From contig JAWBQF010000041.1 in assembly GCA_038845975.1 (NCBI GenBank), positions 1 to 18,401 on the forward strand: a stretch of DNA of 18,401 nucleotides, written 5' to 3'. Numbering within the stretch: position 1 is the stretch's first letter; each line of letters opens with the position of its first letter. Source of the DNA: Candidatus Methanomethylicia archaeon (lineage in GTDB: Archaea > Thermoproteota > Methanomethylicia > CALHIW01). The notes under the pieces were generated by a model. That model saw nothing but the letters and a program-made list of their open reading frames with translations. It had not been told where the DNA came from and ran no database searches. This document shows positions 1-9,234 of this stretch, one piece after another. The position numbers and the translations under genes were made by a program.

Positions 1-115
1 AGAAACCAATTCAATAGAATTAATTCTTTAACAGCTTTATAGCTTAATTTAGTGTTATAATTTGTAAGTTTTGATTACAGCTTAACTATAAGGCCTCCAA
101 GCTATACTACCATTA
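1..115. repeat. Dispersed degenerate intergenic repeat, copy A (may extend left of the window)
   Basis: Colinear with 15306-15416: agaaaccaa...ttctttaaYagctttatagctta...gtaagttt...gcttaaYtataagRcct...agcYatactaccatta. Confidence 0.75.
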
Positions 116-288
116 CTAAATCATGTAGATTAAACCATAATGTTAGAACCCTCTATTATAAGTTAACTAAATAAGTGATGAAGTGAAAACTTAAATCAAC
201 TATTAGCAACATATACTACCAGATTTACCATCTATTCTATAGATGCTAAATAACTTATATAATACTTAACCTAACCAAAACTTTAATA

Positions 289-620
289 CTATAATTCTTC
301 TACGACTTCTTCATGTACTCTTCAGAATCCTCATTCGGTATAGAGATGTTCCGTGAGAACATGCTCCAACCCAACATGTCCAGGCGCTTCCCATCCTTTC
401 AAGATCTGCTATGTAAGCTCTTTCAGCTTACCATTAATCTCCTGCTAGATTGTAGTCACAGCCAAGATTCTAGCATTGTAAGGCTTGCATTCAATTTCTA
501 TTCCACCCATAGTCCCAAGGCGGATCAGCAAATACGCAACTCATCTCAACAAACAAAAGTTTCATCCCACTCAGTTCTACAAAGATCCTCGTATAAAGCC
601 TAATTAAAACGTTTTCCCAT
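289..620 (-). pseudogene. Decayed coding relic of unknown family
   Basis: Minus-strand frame reads protein-like (LLIRLGTMGGIEIECKPYNARILAVTTI*QEINGKLKELT*QILKGWEAPGHVGLEHVLTEHLYTE*) with in-frame stops; higher GC than the flanks. Confidence 0.3.
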
Positions 621-920
621 ACTTAAATCAACCATAACTCACAAAAATAACTCTTTACAAAATTTTACGCCAAAACCGGTAAGATTTCTTTAATAAGTTC
701 TATGCAGCAATCATTTGCTAACGTTAAATTAATGAATATCTATAAAAATTTTATTAAGAGCGATGGATTTTCAGATAAGTTTAAACATAAAAAGCAAGAC
801 AATACGTAGAGCATTCCCTACAAGATGAAGTAATAGCATACTAAGTTGTTTAGATACTCTAAAGTTAGCATATAGTAATCTCATAAAATTTAAGGCTTAA
901 CTTGAGAGTATCAGTTATTT

Positions 921-1752
921 ACTTTTGTCCGGATAAGATATAGGTTGAGGATAAGTTTTAATCTTTTCTTGTTTTGTTTCTTTTCCTAAAGTATTGTTGC
1001 TATTCTTATCTTAAAATCGTGTTGCTAGCTTAATATTTTAGTCATCTCTTGCTTTTTGTTTTTGTCTTATCTTAGAAAATCGTAGTAGAACTTAAAAGCT
1101 CTTAAGAAGCTGTTAGAGCTTAAAGCTAAGCTTTGTTCTCTCTTAGTTTTCTAAGGGTATTCTTTAAGTTAACGTTGATGTTATGGAGGAATATGCTTAT
1201 ACAATGCATTAGGTGGGTAAAAGCCTTTCTATCAAGCTTCTTTTCCATGAGTTATATTTTCTTGCTAAGTTAACCTCCTTAATTCCTTCCCCAAGCCAAG
1301 GAGCTCTATCCCTTACTATCCTTGGTTTGTTTAAGTATTTATTAAGTACCTTTTAAAGAAATCTGAAAGAACTCTTAGCAGGATAAGCTCTTATTTTTAC
1401 AAGCTCCTTCAACATCTATGGTAGCATAAACCCAAATTTTCTTTAAGCTTAAGACAGACTTCATCTATGGCTATGGTTACATGGTGCTTCGGTTTTCCCC
1501 ATTCCTTAGCTTCTAAAATAGCTCTGAACTTCAGATACCATTCGTTTATGCTAGACTTACTGTCAAATCCCTCCCAAAGCTCAAGAAGTTTTTACAGAAG
1601 CTTGTTATAAGCCAGAGCAGAAAAGCCTTAACCTTAAGCTCTATCAGCTTTTTATTGCGCTTAAAGATATTTAAGCTCCCAGCCCAATCCATTAATTGAG
1701 CTGATATTCCATATTATTAATTACTTAGCCCAACTTTTATCCGGATAGAACC
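921..1752 (-). mobile_element. Degenerate IS6-family insertion sequence (~832 bp) with pseudogenised transposase
   Basis: Imperfect TIRs acttttgtccggataag (921-937) and revcomp ggttctatccggataaa (1736-1752); 8-bp TSD agttattt (913-920) / agttgttt (1753-1760); minus-strand fragments IFKRNKK..SKSSINEWYLKF..IAIDEVCLKL..WVYATIDVE..DRAPWL..RSLIER match the IS6 DDE layout. Confidence 0.85.
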
Positions 1753-1763
1753 AGTTGTTTTTA

Positions 1764-1779
1764 AAGCAAAATTTATAAG
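1764..1779 (+). promoter_or_regulatory. Putative BRE-TATA promoter of guaAB (probably leaderless transcript)
   Basis: aagcaaaaTTTATAAg about 22-28 bp upstream of ATG 1800. Confidence 0.55.
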
Positions 1780-1799
1780 TAACTGTTTATCACTATGCT

Positions 1800-2744
1800 A
1801 TGCCTTGCTTTGATCCTAAAGCGTTTATTGATGATGCCTTTAAATATATTAGGAGTATTTTAGTTCCTGATAGTAGAATTCTAGCTGCTTGTTCTGGAGG
1901 AATTGATAGTACTGTTTCGGCAGTTCTTGTTTCTAAGGCTTTAGGAAAGCCTATTGAAGCGGTCTATATAGATGATGGATTGAGAAGAATAGGGGAGGCT
2001 GAGGATACAGTTAAGCTATTGAGAAGTATTGGATTAAAACCCTTCATATATGATGCTAGGAATGAGGTTGTTAGTGGTTTAAGGGGAATTGTTGATCCTG
2101 AGGAGAAGAGAAAGACTTTTCGCGAGCTCTTCTACAATATTCTTGGAAGAATTGCTAAGGAGAATAATGTTAGATATGTAGTTCAGGGTACGATAGCTGC
2201 TGATATAGTTGAAACCGTTAAAGGTGTTAAAACACAGCATAACGTATTGGAACAGCTTGGTATTGACGTCTCGGTGAAATATGGATTTAATGTTATTGAA
2301 CCTCTTAGGAGCCTATATAAGTGGCAGGTTAGAATGGTTGCTCAAGAACTTGAACTTCCCATTGAAATTATCGAGAGAAAACCTTTTCCAGGTCCGGGTT
2401 TAGCTGTAAGAGTTATCGGTGAGGTAACTTGGGATAAACTTGAAATACTGAGGAAAGCAACTAAAATAGTTGAGGAGGAAACAGTTGATGTGAATGCTTT
2501 TCAAAGCTTTGCTGTACTCTTAGACTCTAAAGCAACAGGAATTAAAAATGAATCTAGAATTTACGGCTATATTATTGCTGTTAGAATCGTTTCCTCCAGT
2601 GATGCTTTAACAGCTAGATTCGTTGAAGTACCCTACAATAAACTTAGAAGAATATCTGAGAGAATAACTAGCGAGATACCGGAAGTAACTAGAGTACTTT
2701 ACGATATTACTGATAAGCCTCCAGCCACAATAGAGTTTGAGTAA
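1800..2744 (+). CDS. guaAB: GMP synthase (glutamine-hydrolysing) subunit B, ATPPase
   Basis: PP-loop SGGIDS, DPEEKRK, QGTIAADIVE, KTQHNV, PFPGPGLAVR and C-terminal YDITDKPPATIEFE. Confidence 0.96.
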   Translation: MPCFDPKAFIDDAFKYIRSILVPDSRILAACSGGIDSTVSAVLVSKALGKPIEAVYIDDGLRRIGEAEDTVKLLRSIGLKPFIYDARNEVVSGLRGIVDPEEKRKTFRELFYNILGRIAKENNVRYVVQGTIAADIVETVKGVKTQHNVLEQLGIDVSVKYGFNVIEPLRSLYKWQVRMVAQELELPIEIIERKPFPGPGLAVRVIGEVTWDKLEILRKATKIVEEETVDVNAFQSFAVLLDSKATGIKNESRIYGYIIAVRIVSSSDALTARFVEVPYNKLRRISERITSEIPEVTRVLYDITDKPPATIEFE

Positions 2745-2841
2745 CATTAAATTGAAGACTTAATTCTATAAGCTAATCAAGATTCTAAACGTCGATTTCC
2801 AACTGGGTAATATATGAACTATAAATAGAGATGAAATAGCT

Positions 2842-3966
2842 TTACGTTATGGATTGCTGATACTCCTTGGGAACTTCTCTTCTCTTTTTTCTGCTAGCTA
2901 TTGTTTTCTTAATAATGTTTGTCAGATCATCATATATTGCTGGTAAATTCCATCCTCCTAGTGAAAAGTTATAGTTTTTTCCAGGCGATTTTATGGTAAC
3001 GTCAACCTCATATCTTCTTCTTAATCCATCTACATTTACGGTTTTAATTATACTTCTTGCCTCAGTTAATGGTAGTATTCTATTTAGCTTATCAATTATT
3101 CTCATAAACTTTATCTTAGTGGCTTCAGCTTCAAATGGATCATCTGGTAGGCCAAGTATATATACTGGAATATTGGTCTCTATTTTTTCCGAAATTAAAT
3201 TCATAAAGTCTCTATAGGTTACTATTCCATGCAGTTCTTCCCCTAGAATAACTAGGCAATATGATGAGTTCAGGCTAAGCATACTACTTATAACCTCCCT
3301 AATGGTGTCTTGCGGGGAGCATTTTAACGGATTAATATCCATAATTGTATTTACTGGTGAATCTATAGATCTAATAGTATCTGGAGATCCTATAGTGTAT
3401 TTTTCACCTCCTAATACTGGTATTAAATTAAACACTATACTGGCGGATGTTACTACTCCCTCTACCCTCTTATCCTTAACTACTGGTATTTGATCAAACT
3501 TCTTCCTTAACATTATTTCTCTTGCCTTTGCAATCTTCTCTCCTGAAGCTATGGTTAAAGGATGTGTACTCATAGTTTTTGATATTTTTACACTATTAAG
3601 ACTACTATTCCTAATCTTATCTATAATTGTTTTAGCATCAAGCTTACCAATAATTCCTCTATCTCCAACAACAGGTAGTGCTCTAAGCCTGTAATCCGCC
3701 ATAATCCTTGCTGCATACATTAAATCCATGTCTAACGATAGTTTAGGTGTAAAACTCATAAATGATTCAATCCTCACATTAGTAAAGCTTTTCGCTCTTA
3801 ACATATTTCTTATAGTTACTACTCCAATTCTATCTTTTAAATCTATGAAAACCTCATAAGCATTATTCTCTCTCATTAAGCCAATAACTTTCGATATAGG
3901 AGTTAAGGGATCAACAATTATAGCTTCAGAAATAAAATCTCTTACTAATAACTTCTTGAAGCTCAC
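2842..3966 (-). CDS. Four-CBS-domain protein with C-terminal HPF/RaiA-like domain (HibA-type ribosome hibernation factor candidate)
   Basis: CBS repeats (LRALPVVGDRGIIG, FDQIPVVKDKRVEGVVT, GIVTYRD) followed by a ~100 aa basic domain (RYEVDVTIKSPGK..GWNLPAIYDDL..IIKK) resembling the HPF beta-beta-alpha end; GTG start. Confidence 0.8.
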   Translation of the reverse strand: MSFKKLLVRDFISEAIIVDPLTPISKVIGLMRENNAYEVFIDLKDRIGVVTIRNMLRAKSFTNVRIESFMSFTPKLSLDMDLMYAARIMADYRLRALPVVGDRGIIGKLDAKTIIDKIRNSSLNSVKISKTMSTHPLTIASGEKIAKAREIMLRKKFDQIPVVKDKRVEGVVTSASIVFNLIPVLGGEKYTIGSPDTIRSIDSPVNTIMDINPLKCSPQDTIREVISSMLSLNSSYCLVILGEELHGIVTYRDFMNLISEKIETNIPVYILGLPDDPFEAEATKIKFMRIIDKLNRILPLTEARSIIKTVNVDGLRRRYEVDVTIKSPGKNYNFSLGGWNLPAIYDDLTNIIKKTIASRKKRREVPKEYQQSIT

Positions 3967-4011
3967 AATTCAATATAGTATCGTCCCTTTTAAATTTAGT
4001 TATACCCTTAA

Positions 4012-4549
4012 GGGCCTAGCAACTTAAGCTCACCTTCTAGATGGTTATAGTATAATGAATAGCTTTACAAGTAGGTTTCAGTATTCATTTTTCTCTTATT
4101 ATCTAGTATTTTGTATTGGGTTTGATGTATTGTCGGGAATACTCTTGCTCTCTACTGAATGATGATTATCAATAAAGAATATTAGTTTCCATCACAATAC
4201 TTTAACAATTCATTAATGATTGTTAAATATAATAATATTCCTGCATGCTCTCATAGCTATTATCTCATTCTATAATATCTACAGAGGCATAAACCTAATA
4301 GCTCCATTAGCCTTAGCCCCCAACCCATCTATAGCTCTCCTAGAATTTTATGATTATATTTATCCTCCCCTAAGTTTATTTACTCACTTACCAACAGCTA
4401 TCTATAAACCATATAAATCTCAGGCTCTAGAAATCATTTTTAAACTAGACATCTAATGAAATCTTACTCAAAACTCCAAGATCCTATAAACTCTTAATAA
4501 ACATAAACAATAACAATAAACCTATATAACTTCTTAATTTGCCAGGTTT
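4012..4549 (-). mobile_element. Heavily decayed IS6-family element (~540 bp)
   Basis: TIRs gggcctagcaacttaag (4012-4028) and cttaatttgccaggttt (4533-4549); left part colinear with the 16159-16788 element; no convincing TSD. Confidence 0.7.
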
Positions 4550-4614
4550 CCTTCTAAAATATGAGTATACTCTACCAACCATAAATAAAGAAGTTTAAAT
4601 ACATCATTAATCGT

Positions 4615-4626
4615 AAAGTTTAAAAC
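4615..4626 (+). promoter_or_regulatory. Putative BRE-TATA upstream of the candidate sRNA
   Basis: aaagTTTAAAAc about 25 bp upstream of 4648-4650. Confidence 0.35.
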
Positions 4627-4647
4627 TTATTACCTATCAAGTTTAGT

Positions 4648-4701
4648 GTAGATGATGTAGGTCTGGAGCTTAGATTAAATGATATGAATCATTACTGATA
4701 C
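4648..4701 (+). ncRNA. Candidate C/D-box guide sRNA (D' guide antisense to the tRNA-Trp anticodon arm)
   Basis: C-like ATGATGT 4652-4658, guide AGGTCTGGAGCT, D'-like TAGA 4671-4674, C'-like ATGATAT 4679-4685, D box CTGA 4695-4698, short gta/tac terminal stem; three of four boxes are variants. Confidence 0.4.
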
Positions 4702-4724
4702 TATGTTGTCAGTCTCTGTAGAGA

Positions 4725-4744
4725 GTTAATATTGTTATTAACTA
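4725..4744. terminator. Short hairpin between the sRNA candidate and the convergent mscS 3' end
   Basis: agttaata-ttgt-tattaact, 8-bp AT-rich stem. Confidence 0.2.
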
Positions 4745-4810
4745 GTATCTCTTAATGTATGCTGGAAATGGTGAAGTATTGTAGATGATTATAGTTGCTA
4801 CTAGTATTTA

Positions 4811-5692
4811 CTATTGGCTTAGTAGCTTGCTCTCTATGGTTCTATATATCTTCTCTAGATTCTCAGTAATTCTTGATAGCTGCTCGTAAAGTCTTTCCTC
4901 TACGATAAGGCGTCTTCTCGGATATGGTATTTCTATACCATTCCTATCGAATTCAAGCTTAATCTGATAAAGTAGATCACGCGCCATTCTGAATGCTGTA
5001 AGCTGATCTTTAGCTCTACTTAAGAGTCTAAGGAGTATACCTGAATCCTGAAACTCCATTACAACTACATTTGGAATATTTTCTGCTGGTAAGCAGTCAG
5101 GATGCTTCCTAGCTACATTAATCATTATATCCATAGCTTTCTTCAAATCCGATTCATAGCTAATCTGTACGAATACTGGTACAAGCATTGTAGGATCCTC
5201 TATCGTGTAATTAGTTATAACCTCTGACTGTAACATAGAGTTTGGAACTATTAGACGTCTATTATCCCATGTACGGAGAACAGTATGTATAAGTCTTATA
5301 TCCTCAACAAAGCAGAACTCACCCTTAAACATTACAGCATCCCCTATCCTGAATGGCTGTGTAAATGATATTAGGAAGCCTGAAATTAGGTTTGATAGAC
5401 TTGACTGAGCTGCAAGACCTATAACTATAGATATAAATCCTGCAGTTACTAGAATGGATGAAGCAAGTCCACTTAACTGTGGAAATACTGTAAATGTTAC
5501 TGTAGATACTCCTAGTAGAGCAATAATTAACAGTATTATTCTTGTTAGGAATATATATGTTGTTTTAAGTTTTGGTTGTTCAATTAATCTAGTCTGTAAA
5601 GTCTTCCCCATCATATATTTCAATAGGTAAACTATAATGAATGTAACTCCATAACCTAATGTAAGATATATTATTGATGATGGCTCCAGCAT
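4811..5692 (-). CDS. mscS: Small-conductance mechanosensitive channel
   Basis: Three N-terminal TM segments, GLAAQSSLSNLISG..PFRIGD, VEDIRLIHT, IVPNS, GIEIPYP motifs. Confidence 0.93.
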   Translation of the reverse strand: MLEPSSIIYLTLGYGVTFIIVYLLKYMMGKTLQTRLIEQPKLKTTYIFLTRIILLIIALLGVSTVTFTVFPQLSGLASSILVTAGFISIVIGLAAQSSLSNLISGFLISFTQPFRIGDAVMFKGEFCFVEDIRLIHTVLRTWDNRRLIVPNSMLQSEVITNYTIEDPTMLVPVFVQISYESDLKKAMDIMINVARKHPDCLPAENIPNVVVMEFQDSGILLRLLSRAKDQLTAFRMARDLLYQIKLEFDRNGIEIPYPRRRLIVEERLYEQLSRITENLEKIYRTIESKLLSQ

Positions 5693-5794
5693 AACAATTC
5701 ATTACTTTACAGCTTCCTATATAAAAGTATTCTTGAGGCTATTAATCCATTTAAATCATGACTATGTTGATTAGCTAATGTATTACAGTTAAGC

Positions 5795-6883
5795 TTAACA
5801 TGCTTCATGCCTTGATAGTTTAAAACGTAGAATTGCAGCTATACCTCCTAACTGTTTTAGCTGATTATAGGTTTCATGAGTTGATGTAAATATCTTTATT
5901 TTCGCACCCATACTCTCAGCCTTCCTCAACACTTCCTCTACTCTTCTTCTTTCTTCCTCATTGTATGATCTTACAAGCTCGCTTACTACCATTACCTTTT
6001 CAATAACTCCATACTCTACAACTTTCTCTACATCACTTAATCCATATCTTACTATATCCACGTTTTCCGATAGTTTCTCTAGGAATTCCCCTATTAACTT
6101 TTCCTCTTCAACTATACTGTAGTCTTCAAGTATTTTCATTACAGCTTCTCTTCTAAGCGCCTCATATATTGCTGAAATACCACCTGTAGATGTATCTTCA
6201 AGATAAATCTTAATTTTCTTATCCATATCTTCCAGTCTGTTTTTCAATATGTTCTTTAGACTTCCAAGTCCAGCAATAACAACAATATTTACTTCTCTCT
6301 TTCTACATTCATTAATAACCATATTTGCAATCTCATATGCTCTACTATAAACTACTTCCTCCCTATTTTCAGGACTATCTTTACCCGGTAAATTTAGTGG
6401 GAAGCTGGATATCTCCTCTATACCGTAGTCTCTTATAATAGCTATGGCTACCTCATCATAATCTATACCAATAGCTAAAGCATTAACATATCCCTTCTTT
6501 GAATATTTATCTATATATTCAATATCAGAGCTACTCCATCTTTTCTCCCTATAGATTAATACTTCATCTCCTACATCAACCTTTAATGTATGTCTCTGCC
6601 CTACAAGATCAAGCTCTCTCGGCCCCTCAACAATAATACCGTGAACTCTAAGTCTAGTTGTAAATGGCTGAAACTCAGTCCACTCTACTTTAACTCCAAG
6701 AACCATTGATTTACGCTTACTACCTGAACTTGTCTTCAACTCTCTTGTTGTTTTAGCATATACGATATCTCCTACACTAAGTATATTGTAGAGTACCCAT
6801 AAATCATCCTCATATTCAACCTTCAGCTTTAACACACGGTAAGCATCATTTATCTCTACAATTCTCATTATCCCAACTATCAA
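5795..6883 (-). CDS. pelA: Pelota / Dom34 mRNA surveillance (ribosome rescue) protein; start may be ATG 6868
   Basis: EDDLWVLYNIL..GDIVYAKTTR, RLRVHGII, HTL, QLKQLGGIAAILRF signatures. Confidence 0.95.
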   Translation of the reverse strand: MIVGIMRIVEINDAYRVLKLKVEYEDDLWVLYNILSVGDIVYAKTTRELKTSSGSKRKSMVLGVKVEWTEFQPFTTRLRVHGIIVEGPRELDLVGQRHTLKVDVGDEVLIYREKRWSSSDIEYIDKYSKKGYVNALAIGIDYDEVAIAIIRDYGIEEISSFPLNLPGKDSPENREEVVYSRAYEIANMVINECRKREVNIVVIAGLGSLKNILKNRLEDMDKKIKIYLEDTSTGGISAIYEALRREAVMKILEDYSIVEEEKLIGEFLEKLSENVDIVRYGLSDVEKVVEYGVIEKVMVVSELVRSYNEEERRRVEEVLRKAESMGAKIKIFTSTHETYNQLKQLGGIAAILRFKLSRHEAC

Positions 6884-7187
6884 TTCAATAGTATAATGTA
6901 CTATTTATACTTAATGATCACCAAGCAATGTAGAATACATTAACTTACTAGAAGTATTCATTTAATTCCACTTCATTAAGCTTTCAGCACCTATTAATAT
7001 GGTAAAGCTTCAAGTCTACTTTAAATTTTAAGCTTAATAGGAGTGATTTAAATCTATCTAATGGTAGAGGTTAATTATGAAGTTTAAGTCTATACCTATT
7101 CAACTCCATAAACTTAATGTATTAGCCTTATAAGGTTAAATACGGTAGCCTAGCATGGAATATCAACTCTTGCATCTATTCATTTAG

Positions 7188-7326
7188 TGGAAATTCTTAA
7201 ATACTACGGTTATAAATTTATTATGGTTCTTATGGTGTTTAGTAGGGTTGTTGATAGTGTTCTTGAACTTATCGGTAATACTCCAATGATAAGACTAAAT
7301 AGGATAGGTAAAAATTTAAAATCAAA
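7188..7326 (+). repeat. Exact 139-bp direct repeat, copy 1 (cysteine synthase promoter and 5' end; truncated gene fragment)
   Basis: Base-for-base identical to 9235-9373; gives a short ORF 7223-7345 (MVLMVFSRVVDSVLELIGNTPMIRLNRIGKNLKSKVPLNV*) overlapping ATG 7338. Confidence 0.95.
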
Positions 7327-7337
7327 GGTGCCTCTAA

Positions 7338-7601
7338 ATGTCTAATATTGTTGAAATCAGGCTTAAATTTCCAGGGGAATTGATTAATCTTGTTGCTCCA
7401 CGTAGCCTGGAGGAAGAAGCACGTTTACTCGTTGCTTTAGAGCTTTATCGTGAAGGCCGTGTTTCACTTGGTAAAGCTGCTGAAATAGCTGGACTAAGCA
7501 TTAGGGAGTTTATATATGAGCTACGAGTACGTAAAATCCCGTTAAACTATGATGTGGAGGAGCTTACTTATGACTTAAAGACTATAAAGAAACTTATGTA
7601 A
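7338..7601 (+). CDS. UPF0175-family HTH protein, putative antitoxin
   Basis: ALELYREGRVSLGKAAEIAGLSIREFIYEL..RKIP signature; GGTG SD-like site upstream; precedes a PIN gene. Confidence 0.88.
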   Translation: MSNIVEIRLKFPGELINLVAPRSLEEEARLLVALELYREGRVSLGKAAEIAGLSIREFIYELRVRKIPLNYDVEELTYDLKTIKKLM

Positions 7602-7617
7602 GAGAGCGATGTAGGCT

Positions 7618-8073
7618 TTGAAGATAGTTTCTAACACTAGTGTATTAATAGCGCTTGAAAACATAGGTAGGCTTGAATTACTTAAGAAATTATTTAATGA
7701 AATACTTATTCCTAAAGCAGTAGCTAAGGAATATGGTAAACCTACGCCAGAATGGATACGTGTATTAGAAGTGAAGAATGAACATTATGTTAAAATACTT
7801 AAAGAAAGTCTCCATACCGGTGAAGCAGAAGCAATAGGGCTTGCTATCAGTATTAAAGCTAATATAATCCTATTAGACGATAAGAAAGCTAGAGATATCG
7901 CTAAACGATTTGGGTTAAAAACTATTGGTTCACTAGGTATCTTAATCTTAGCTAGGAAAAGAGGACTTATAGCTAGTCTTAAAGATGAATTTAAACTGCT
8001 TATTGAAAGATCTTTCTGGCTATCTCAAGAAGTAATTAATAAGGCAATTGAAGAGGTGGAGGAGGCTTATTAA
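7618..8073 (+). CDS. DUF3368 / COG2405 PIN-domain protein, putative VapC-like toxin
   Basis: IVSNTSVLI, IPKAVAKE, LHTGEAEAI, LLDDKKAR, GSLGILILAR..GLI motifs; TTG start. Confidence 0.88.
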   Translation: MKIVSNTSVLIALENIGRLELLKKLFNEILIPKAVAKEYGKPTPEWIRVLEVKNEHYVKILKESLHTGEAEAIGLAISIKANIILLDDKKARDIAKRFGLKTIGSLGILILARKRGLIASLKDEFKLLIERSFWLSQEVINKAIEEVEEAY

Positions 8074-8319
8074 TAATATAAGGTAAGTATAAAATACTAA
8101 GTCGATTTGAATCTGTATAAAAGCCTATAGATTAGTAAAGAATTTCAATATACTGAAACAGAACTCAATGAACTTCATATAACGCTAAAAACCATATTAC
8201 ACTAATGTAATATTCATATTAATACAGAGATTTCATATGTTACAGCTTAGCTTTAGCAGAGAAGCTAAGAAAATAACGTATGGAAAGCAGCAATGATTAG
8301 TATGTTTATCATAGTTAAT

Positions 8320-9069
8320 GAACTTATCTGAAAACTCTTAGTAGTATTATTGTGTAGGCCTATTTGTATGAAGCTAAGAATGTTGATGCTAGCCTCTCCT
8401 ATCTCATGGTTATTCTCTGGGTGATATTATCCATGCAAAGAACTTTTCAACAGCGCTTCTCATACTCTTAAGTCTTGTATTAACATCTATGTTTACTTTT
8501 ATCCCTCTATGCCTGAGGCATTCTCTAATTTCCCTATTATTGTATGCTGAGTCTCCTGTAATCTTTCTAGGTCTACCTCTAGGCTATTATTCTTAACCCT
8601 CAACTAGGAGCTTTATGAAGCATTATGTTCATCACTAGACCTAACTTGAACACTTAAAGGTAATGATTCAGATGATACAACTACATGAATCTTAGCTTAA
8701 TATCTTACATCCACCATAGCCAACCACCTTCCTCTTTCCTAGCCCTAATGGTTATCAACGGAACCCTATTTAGGCTTACCTATAGAATACCCCTAGATAT
8801 CAAGCCATTAAATATTTGCCTAAACTCTTCAACACTCCAATACTTAAATCTATTCCAAGTCTATATGAGCATACTTAGCAGGCATCCAATAGCATCCGAT
8901 AACAAGCACATATAAAATACTGTTCAAAATACGCCTATCATTAACTCTAAGCCTACCAGTCCTAGAAGGAAGTAAATACCCAATAAACTCCTAACTCATC
9001 ATCACTAATCTCACGAAACTCCATAACAAAACTTTCTCAGAAGCATTTAAATAGTTCTCAGATAAGTTC
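8320..9069 (-). mobile_element. Degenerate IS5-family (IS427/IS1031-like) element, 750 bp
   Basis: 17-bp TIRs gaacttatctgaaaact / agttctcagataagttc (1 mismatch), aat on both flanks; minus-strand fragments EFIGYLLPSRTGRLRVNDRRILNSILYVLVIGC, KIHVVVSSESLPLSV, GDSAYNNREIRECLRHRGIK and a terminal RVFR* inside the TIR. Confidence 0.88.
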
Positions 9070-9234
9070 AATGAGTATTTATAGGATGTAATATATTCAG
9101 CTACATCGTTAAATCCATGATGCTAATAATTAAAGCTTAATTAAGAATTGTAAATGTTCAGCAATAAGTATTGCTAGATTAAGTATGAAAGCTCTGCTTT
9201 ATTGCAGACATAGAATTAGAGTCTTCTTAACTTA

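Noticed and set aside
505-535. FADPPWDYG methyltransferase-like motif on the minus strand
   Set aside because: Lies in a short frame that stops a few codons later; no SAM-binding motif nearby
313-603. 96-aa plus-strand ORF
   Set aside because: Ser/Gln-rich, no motif; looks like the antisense shadow of a decayed minus-strand relic
2993-3493. Plus-strand ORFs 2993-3217 and 3302-3493
   Set aside because: Antisense shadows of the CBS-HPF gene
4220-4456. 78-aa ORF
   Set aside because: Antisense frame within a decayed IS6 element
8685-8915. 76-aa ORF
   Set aside because: Antisense to the IS5 transposase relic
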